A stretch of DNA of 64,000 nt from Octopus vulgaris (lineage: Eukaryota). Below are positions 54,865 through 64,000 of the stretch, in pieces. The position numbers and the translations under genes were made by a program. Within the stretch, counting starts at the first letter, position 1, and the number at the start of each line of letters is the position of its first letter. The stretch is taken from contig OX597815.1 in NCBI GenBank assembly GCA_951406725.2, positions 147,374,001 through 147,438,000 of the forward strand, written 5' to 3'. The notes beneath the pieces were generated by a model, which saw only the letters and a list, made by a program, of their open reading frames with translations, was not told the DNA's origin and made no database searches.

Positions 54865-55075
54865 TAATCTTTTACATGTTTGAGACATCAGGCTGAGGCC
54901 ATGCTCGAGCACCACCTTGAAGAATTTTCGTCGAACAAATCAACCTCAGTATTTATTTTCAAAAAGCCTGGAACTTTTTCAATCGGTATCTTTTGCCGAA
55001 ACACTAAGACACGAGGTCGAAAACGCGCCAACACCGGCTTTTTGTGGTAGGATGGGGGATAAACACAGACATAAT
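54865..55075 (-). mobile_element. SINE family A, 3' half
   Basis: GGCCATGCTCGAGCACCACCTTGAAG..TCTTTTGCCGAA..CCAACACCGG. Confidence 0.8.
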
Positions 55076-55200
55076 GACGCGCATGCACAAAAACACACAC
55101 ATATATACATATATACACACTCACACACATATATATATATATATTTTTAGAATGTGATATAAAACCAAGGCTGTGAAGATTTTAGAACATTTATAGATAG

Positions 55201-55250
55201 GTCTTACAGCTGTTCCTCCAGGATCTTTATTATATCCCTTCATCGGAGAC
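55201..55250 (-). ncRNA. Hammerhead-like motif (CCGAUGA variant; GAAA decayed to GGAA)
   Basis: GUCU-CCGAUGA-AGGGAU..AUCCU-gga-GGAAC-agcu-GUA-AGAC. Confidence 0.55.
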
Positions 55251-55986
55251 GGTGTGAGAAAATGGTTCAGCAGTAGTTAATTTAGATAAGATACGAAATA
55301 GAGAGTGAAGTCGAGGAATGAAAATCGATGTGAGATATGCAGGGATATTGTATTTGTAAATCCATTATTTAGACAGGATGGTAGTACTCTCTCTCTCTCT
55401 CTCTCCCTCTCTCTCTGCCCCATCACTTAGACTCTATCACTACATACCTGACACTCCTTTAATTTTTATACGTCTATCTCTCTATTACCCCCAATTCCTT
55501 GTATATGTATATACATTTCTCTCTCTTACACCTTCATCTCCCTATTCCTACTTTCAAATTATCTTGACTGACCACTAACTGGTACAACTCTTATTATTTA
55601 TGTCCTTACTTTTCTTTTTTCTTTCTTTTTCTTTATTCTTCTCCTCCTGTTTTCTTCTTTTTTCTTTTCCTTTCCTTTTCTTTTTTCTTTACTCTTCTCT
55701 TCCTGTTTTCGATTTAACCTTACAAATACATTCCCTACTTTTAGGTCATTTTAAATAAAACCCTTGATTCAATAGCACTGTGTAGATACTCTATACTTGG
55801 AATGACCACTTTTAGATACTATTGGATTTTACTCACAAGGTATTGGAATGTTACATGAATACCATCCTGCATAAATAATTGATCTACAATATCGCTGCAT
55901 ATCTCACATCTATTTTCATTCCTCCACTCCACTCTCTAGTTCTTATCTTATCTAAATGAACTATTGTTTAACCATTTTCACACACC

Positions 55987-56034
55987 GTCTCCGAAGAAGG
56001 GTTATAATAAATATCCTGGAAACATATGTAAGAC
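55987..56034 (+). ncRNA. Hammerhead-like motif (CCGAAGA variant)
   Basis: GUCU-CCGAAGA-AGGGU..AUCCU-G-GAAAC-auau-GUA-AGAC. Stem I perfect; palindromic ACAUAUGU. Confidence 0.68.
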
Positions 56035-56644
56035 CTATTTATAAATGTTCTAAAATCTTCATAGCCCTGTTTTTTTTTATCTCGTTCTGAAAAAAATTAT
56101 ATATGCACTCGCTGATATATGACTTACGTTGCACTCTTTATTCGCATAATCACCGAACCTGGTTTATGTCATAAGATGCACGGGCTTCCACGAAAACTAC
56201 ATAGGATCCACGGGATTATCGCTCAGACGCAGATGCACTCTGCATCGACAGCTGATTGTATTCCCAGAATACAGAATGATACCCTTTAGTGAACATATTC
56301 AGAAATGAGCAAAGCAACTCCTACCGCAATTTATAATCTTTCCATTCTATCAATGTGCCATTGGAACACCAACACAAGTTAGATAAAAGAAGGAAATCTT
56401 CTTCATTGAAAAATATGAGCCAAAACTTAACCATTTCTAACATTTTTAAACAGGGAAATTTAACTTATGGAAAAATATATATAAAGAAAAACCTAACCAC
56501 TTCTAACAACATTCTATTCCTTCTTAACCAAATCATGTTAAATTACTGCTACTATTAATATTGCTGCTGCTGTTACTGCTGCTGCTACTACTGCTACTAC
56601 TGCCACTACTACTCCTAATAATAAACATAATAATAATAATAATA

Positions 56645-56993
56645 GACCTACTCATTGAAATTGAGAAAATGTGGCATCTCAAGGCGGTTACAATACCAGT
56701 GATCGTAGGAGCACTAGGAATGATCAAGAAGGGAACCGAAAATTATATGAGAATGATCCCTGGCTTACCACCCCTGCAAGAAGTGCAAAAGATTGAGAAG
56801 AGCATTGTCGATGTGAGAACTGTTGCTGCTCATGTATTTTAATTTAACTTAAAAAAAAAAAATCTTTTTAAATGAACGAACTACTGAGTTTGGTTTAATG
56901 GCCTACCAATATACACTATGAGTTTCTTTGCCCTAGGAGTCGGGAAGATACTCGGCAAGAAATGGAAGAAAATTTGAAAGAAGAAAAAAAAAA

Positions 56994-56994
<1 letters not shown>
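56645..56994 (+). mobile_element. 3' fragment of an R4/Dong-type retrotransposon
   Basis: DLLIEIEKMWHLKAVTIPVIVGALGMIKKG..LQEVQK followed by a 3' UTR; (TAA)n on both sides. Confidence 0.88.
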
Positions 56995-57045
<51 letters not shown>

Positions 57046-57282
57046 GGGAACTGAGAAGTATATTAAGCAATACCCTGGTAATTCTAATCTCTGTAAACTA
57101 CAAAAGATAACCTTGAAATGCTACAGCCCATATACTACAAAAAAACACTCTCCATCTAAAATGAATGGAATAAATGTGGTGATAATTTTAGCATGCACAG
57201 CAAAAGTGCCCTTGCTACACCTAGCCTCCAGAGGTAGCTCGGTAATAAGGTAGCTGAAATAAAATTATAGTGAAAGGAAACC
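57046..57282 (+). mobile_element. Another R4/Dong-type 3' fragment (different 3' UTR)
   Basis: GTEKYIKQ.PG..LCKLQKITL..TAHIL..TLSI-stop (frameshifted); lies between (TAA)n tracts. Confidence 0.7.
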
Positions 57283-57296
57283 ATAATAATAACAAT

Positions 57297-57487
57297 CTTT
57301 TCTACTATTGGCACAAGGCGGAGAGTCCATATCATCGACCTCAGTGTTTCACTGGTACTTCATTTATGGACCCCGGATGAAAGGCAAAGTCGATCTCGGC
57401 AGAATATAAACTCAGAACTTAGCGGCAGACGAAATGCCGTTAAGCATTTCACTTGGCGTGCTAACGATTCTGACAGCTCGCCGCCTT
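57297..57487 (-). mobile_element. SINE family B
   Basis: GGATGAAAGGCAAAGTCGA..CGTGCTAACGATTCTG.CAGCTCGCCGCC. Confidence 0.85.
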
Positions 57488-58430
57488 TAACAACAACAAC
57501 AACAACAACAAAAATAATAATATTAATAACAATAATAACAATAATTGATAGCAATCATAATACAGGAAATTCATGGACATCACTTCGAATCTGTTACAGC
57601 GAATAAAGCCAAGCACTAAATTACAGCAAAAAATTATGTTATTAAAAAATGGAGTTGATTTAATGGAAGGATATTTCTGCCTCCAATGTAACACGGACTG
57701 TTGCCTGGTTTTGTTGGTTTAAATAACACATTTAAAGCTAACATTAAGCTAATACATTAATAGTATTGTATTCATAAGCTACAATACGTTCCGACAATAT
57801 GGTGGGTATTAAAAACCCATTAGTTGAAAAAAAAAATTTTTATTAATTATAACAAACAGCTTCGAGTCAATTTGCAAAGACTGTTTTACGTAAAGGTATT
57901 ATTATCATATATACATTTTGCTCCTCTTTGCTTCACTATGTTTGTCTATGTCTTGCATCAATTTTACTGTTTTTCTCATCATTTTACAAATAATTTCCGA
58001 ATATGTAATTGCAAAACTTTTCATTCTGTTATAATCTCTTTAGGTTTTCTTCTTTATGTGTTTCGAATGTATCGCTCTTTGGTGTTATTTTAAGCAGCTT
58101 TGAAAGAAAGTGAGGAAATAAATATATAAATAAAATGTTTGTGAACATAGTTGTGTAAATACACAGAGAGAGACTTTCTAATGAGTTTGAATGTATGTTT
58201 AAATTGTATAATATCTACATAGTTACCTTGACAGAGCAATACGTGTGACTGATGCATACGCACATACATACATATATGTGTCTATGTGTGAGTGTGTTTG
58301 TGTGTGTGTGTGTGTATGTAAGGAAATGTAGATACAATGATAGATATATATACAAACGCACATGCACGTACGCACACATTCACATGCACAAACGTATACA
58401 CGCACACATATACACACACATAGAGAGGAG

Positions 58431-58463
<33 letters not shown>

Positions 58464-58483
58464 GCACACATACATACATATAC

Positions 58484-58536
<53 letters not shown>

Positions 58537-58571
58537 TCAATATATATTATATATATACAGATACGTATATA

Positions 58572-58862
<291 letters not shown>

Positions 58863-59270
58863 CTGTGTATACTTATACATAGCAGAGTATATAAGTTTAC
58901 GCGCATCTTCTTTTATAAATTGCAAATTTACCGCTGAGACGACGCAGTCTCGACTCCTCGCAACGAATGGAGAGATTCAAATATTCAACAAAAATTTTAA
59001 GTATTCATATACACAACTTTTAATATAATTTTTGATTTCCTCGACAATGCCTTTGATTATTAAGATGAAATTTGTTTCGGTAGATAGATTTCCATCCTCT
59101 GAAGTGAATAAAAGGCGTAGGAAATAATAATAAGGTTCTCCATATTGTTTGCTAACACATTTGGCGTCATCGTTCTTGTTGCTTGTTCACAAATTTCATA
59201 GTATGGCCATTATCTCTCCTTCCGTTTCTTGCTTCACTCTTCTACGAAATTTGTCCTAAAACATATAGAT

Positions 59271-59335
<65 letters not shown>

Positions 59336-59611
59336 GCATGTATATATATATATATGTGGGGGCTGTAATACATACATATATATTATATATACATATATAT
59401 ATATCTATATACATATACGTACATATATGTGTGTGTATATAGGTATACGTATATATATATATATATAATTATATGTATGTATCAATATATATACATATAT
59501 ATATATATATGTGTATCTCTCGATGTATTATCTATGCGTTTGTCTAATTATCTATGTATCTATATGTCTGTCTGTCTCTCCATCCATATATCTATCTATC
59601 TATCTATATCT

Positions 59612-59666
<55 letters not shown>

Positions 59667-60760
59667 TACACTCTGACTGAGTATAGCGTTCATGCTGGGT
59701 CGTTTTCACAATCGTATGAGTTGTCACACCAACATAACCTCACGCGCATTTAAATTGAATTTTCTCTTCATTTGGACAGGGATTCTTCAAAATCTTTCCA
59801 CTAAATTCTTGCAAATAACGGAGGGAAGCTTATTAATAAAAAAACACATCTTTTCAAGTTTTATGAATTTGCCTCCCACTTTCGGATCTGTTTTGTACTA
59901 TTCACTTATAAACAATGGGGTGAGGTGGCGGCTGTTGGGTAAAAAACAAAACAAAATGGTTTATATAATTTATGAATTTTCACAAATCCCTTTCCCCCAC
60001 TCAGTACCGATTTGGGCAAAATTTTGGCTTTCATTTTGCACTGTTCGCTTAATACACAATGGAAGAAACTTTGTAGATTTCCCAAAAAACTATTTTTGCA
60101 AATGGCAATCACCATCACAATCCCCACCTATCTTATTTTCAAAGAGAAAACGCTACGAAATTTAAAAGCAATAATGAAGTCTTATAATTTTTTCATTAAC
60201 CTCGGTCTTCTCTAAATCCAGAAGTTTCAACTTTTTTCCCCAATTTATAATTTAATTATACTTTTAAAATCCAGGAAATCCAAATATTCACTTGCTTTCT
60301 GTTTATAACTTCAAAATAATTTTCAGGCGAAATCGTGTGTGATTTAACAGCTAACATCCTGAAAATTAGGGCAGAACCTTTCTTAGCTTACTTCCACAAA
60401 CAACTGTTCAAACTGCGAATTTCAATCATGGATCCTTGTTGAGCTCATCAACAAAGTAGCCAGAATGAAGTATTATATTATATTTAATATATAACAATAA
60501 CATTTATATATATATTCTTATATGTATACATACACATATATATAGATACATATAGAGATATATACATGCATACATATATATATATACACACACACTCTCT
60601 CTCTCTCTATTTCTCTCTCACACACACACATATATATATATAACTCAGATTCGGTTGAACTAGGTACTTATGTTGAAGCAACAAATCAGTGCAGTATTTT
60701 CCGTAAAACTCAATGTAAAGTGAATAAAATCAAAATAATCAACAGGATAACAAGAGGTGA

Positions 60761-60847
60761 TGCAGTACGGCCGTTTCAACTGGCTCTATTTAATTGAACA
60801 GTGTAATCATTACATTAATTTTAATTGCAGGACCATCCTCCACTGCA
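60761..60847 (-). ncRNA. Decayed hammerhead-like motif with a long stem II, within repeat 60640-60850
   Basis: UGCAG-UGGAGGA-(~60 nt including a UGUAAU-g-AUUACA hairpin)-GAAAC-ggcc-GUA-CUGCA. Stem I perfect, palindromic ACGGCCGU, 5' core mutated. Confidence 0.5.
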
Positions 60848-61944
60848 TAAATAAATAGATATTTTTTAATCAGTAGGTGACATTAATATAATTTTACTCA
60901 AATGCTCTGATAGAGAGAAAAGCAAACACGCCATGTTACATTTCATCTTGAGCGAAAAGCAGTCTGTCTCATAACATGGTGCGTCTTTAGAGAGTATGGA
61001 GATGACAATTGCCTTTCCACTCTAATCTCTCACAGAAAGACTTCAATACTATATGTAAATGAATTGAAGAAAGACCACGTCCAATAGAATACATGAAAAT
61101 TTCAAGACCTCGCTTCTAGCCATCTTGCATTAACACGCTCCAAGAATGATGATTCGGACCAAAGGAAGCGGCAATCCCGAGGTCAAACGAATTGAGAATG
61201 ATCTGCAGATTTAAATGCCCAACGAAGCAATCTTCCACCGTCTTCCAGCGACATCATGGCTGCCAAGCCTCCCAGTTTCCAGGTATCCGTGCTTATTCTC
61301 GATGGTGGACACACGTTCGCCAGATATAACAGCGTTCAACTCCAGTTCACAATACATAGAAAGCTAAGTTACCTACCACTGATCTTGCAACAAGCAAAGT
61401 AACTAGTTAGAAAGTTCCTATAAGAGATGAAAGTACTCATTATATTGACAAGGGATGTTTATCGCCACTTCCTGACGGGTGGTCTGTTGGAACTGATGTT
61501 ACGGCCATTTTTGACTCCTCCAACTGTCTATCAATGCAATCAGTAGCTGCTATTAGATGCAAAAATGTGAGCAAATCCCTACCATCTTCCTGCGAAGACG
61601 AGACCACCAAACCGTCAGGCTACCTGCCATTTGTACTCATCCATACTGGTGAATACCCGTCCGTTAGAAATGACAGTGAAAAAACAAATAACTGATCTTG
61701 CAACCAGTAAAGTATGTATTCTTAAAATCTCTAGAAGAGACAGAAATATTAACTATCCAGGGAAGTAATATTTTTCGCCACTCCAATATGGCCGTTCCAT
61801 AGGAATCTCAAGATGACGCCTTCTCCTCGGGTGCAGATTGCATCGATAACCAGTTGGTTGCAAAATCAGTGACTGGATGTCACTTATTTGTCTATATACT
61901 ACGAGCTGAGGCGAACTACTGCTATCTCTAGAGGACGAGTATAC

Positions 61945-61989
61945 ACTACTGAGGATGAGCATAAATATCTCGAAACATGACGGTATAGT
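61945..61989 (+). ncRNA. Type-I hammerhead ribozyme motif
   Basis: ACUA-CUGAGGA-U-GAG(cauaaauau)CUC-GAAAC-augacg-GUA-UAGU. Intact core; lies between ~30-bp direct repeats at ~61828 and ~62047. Confidence 0.75.
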
Positions 61990-62239
61990 TGTGTCATCGT
62001 TGATTAAAGTTTAGTAGGGGGTTGTTCCCCTACTTGCAAGATATATCGAGTGCAGATTGCATCGATAACTAGCTGGGGGAGGCTTCCCCCTGGGGTTAAA
62101 AATTGTAGTATCGTCACTTCCTACAGAATAACCATGTTGAAGTAGCGATAAACATCACTTCTGAATAGTTTCTACTTTCAATATTTATATACATTTTCTA
62201 GCTAGATATTTGCATGCTTTACAGTATATGCATTTTTAA

Positions 62240-63085
62240 AATTCTTTTATTCCTGTTTCAGCCTTGAGGCTGTGATCATGCTGGAGCAATGCCAGTGTAA
62301 TCACCTTTTAGTTGGCTATTTCTATAGGATTGGATTTTGCTGGAGAGATTCCGATACGGCTGCCTTCTTTTGAAATTTCTGATATTGGTTCATCTGGGAT
62401 CTTTGATAGCAAGAGGTCAAATTGTTTCTTGAAAACATCTATCCCAACTCCATGGAGATTAGATGCTTTGATAAGGCGTTAAATAGCTATGGGCCCTTGA
62501 ATCCCAAGCTATTGCAGTACATGGCCCTCACCTTAGATGATTCAGCTTGGACTTTTGGAACAGTGTGACGTGCAGTTCAAGGCCTGGTGTAATTCTCAAT
62601 TTAGAAGTTTGGTGCCAGTCATTCCAGTATCTTCCACTCATATATCACTGCACACCTATCCCGACTTCACTCCAGGAAGTAGAGTCGTAGCTCTTGCAGT
62701 CTCTCCCACTAGCTCAGCTGTTCCATTGATGCAATTCTTCTTCGTGTATTATCGCTGAACCACCTCAAGTTCTGTTATTAATCCTACACTGAAAGGTGAC
62801 TACAGTTGAGAGCAGCAGTCCAGACGGCTGGTTCTATAGAACCAGCATAGATTCCTAGGCCTTTGCGCTGAGTGTTCTCAGAATCCATCTGGCCATTCGC
62901 CTGCACACTGCTACCACCTTGGTGATATGCATGTGGAACGAGGCATCGTTGCTCATATCAACTCCAAAATCACGCACCGTATGTGATTCTAGGATTGCTG
63001 CTGGTTTGGTCCTAAGTATCGTTGTTGTGATTTCTCAGCAACAATTAGCTGGTAGCAGAGGACTTGAAATTTACCTGCATTAAAC
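62240..63085 (-). mobile_element. Decayed 3' part of a CR1-group LINE
   Basis: Minus-strand VRDFGVDMSNDASFHMHITKVVAVCRRMARWILR and YCNSLGFKGP; 3' end GCTCCAGCATGATCACAGCCTCAAGGCTGAAAC. Confidence 0.85.
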
Positions 63086-63366
63086 ATATATCATTTATAG
63101 CTAATACTTTCATATCTTACCGAGATTTTGTAACTTGATATTTTGCTTGTTGCATGATCTGTGATCGATTTTCACAAATTCTATTTATATATTGTGACCT
63201 GGATCGAACAACGGGTATTTGTAGCGGACGGGTATCCACAACTGCAGATGAGCACAAATGGAAGGAAAACGGGCGGCCTGGTGGTCACGTTGTAGCTTGC
63301 AGATGGTCTCGTCGCCCGTTCCACATGCAATACTCCAGGAGCTCCAACAAAACCTGTGATAAAGAG

Positions 63367-63693
<327 letters not shown>

Positions 63694-63695
<2 letters not shown>

Positions 63696-64000
63696 CCCTG
63701 ATGCAGTACCAGGCAGTGGCTCTCATGGCTTCTGATCTTAACTGATTGGAAGTGTTATCATGTACATTGTTTTGTCTTGGTATAAAAGATGGGCTACAGC
63801 AAATATTCTGCTCAATACCACAGATTTGCTTGTCAGTTGTTTGACCTTAACCAGTTGAGCATGTCCCTTAGTGGCTGACGATATGTGCATCTCTGATCAC
63901 GAGCAGAAGTAGTGGGGGAGCATCATAGCCATGTGTTGAGAGGGATTCTTTTGGGGTTTGAATAGTTCACCTCTGGAAACATGGGTGGTTCTTTCAACAT
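63694..64000. repeat. Probable (TAA)n-associated interspersed repeat running off the window end
   Basis: Abrupt switch from (TAA)n to higher-GC sequence; no diagnostic motif recognised. Confidence 0.35.

Larger units (their letters stand above)
55141..56101. mobile_element. ~960-bp non-autonomous element with ~240-bp inverted arms, each containing an outward-facing hammerhead-like motif
   Basis: 55141-55383 is the reverse complement of 55859-56101 (diverged). Pyrimidine-rich non-coding centre; TA-rich flanks. Confidence 0.85.

Overview
Repeat-saturated, AT-rich eukaryotic DNA. The SINE families and the microsatellite load suggest an Octopus (cephalopod) genome, which is an inference. I found no host protein-coding exon I can support, and almost all ORF-track entries are microsatellite or SINE artefacts. 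The recognisable content is: (i) a near-full-length but disrupted CR1-group APE-RT LINE (18036-21697) plus three fragments; (ii) a cluster of R4/Dong-type RLE non-LTR retrotransposon pieces sitting in (TAA)n tracts, one of which joins the 5' end directly to the 3' UTR; (iii) a Penelope-like (GIY-YIG) element; (iv) several tRNA-derived SINE families; (v) a Helitron-like element, two MITEs and a Chapaev3-like transposase remnant. The main hidden signal is about a dozen minimal type-I hammerhead ribozyme (HHR) motifs, read by eye. They belong to several small non-coding families. Two of these elements are palindromic (6299-6761 and 55141-56101) and carry an outward-facing hammerhead in each inverted arm. 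One further intact motif lies in the 3' region of the Penelope element. These look like non-autonomous, ribozyme-bearing Penelope-dependent elements.
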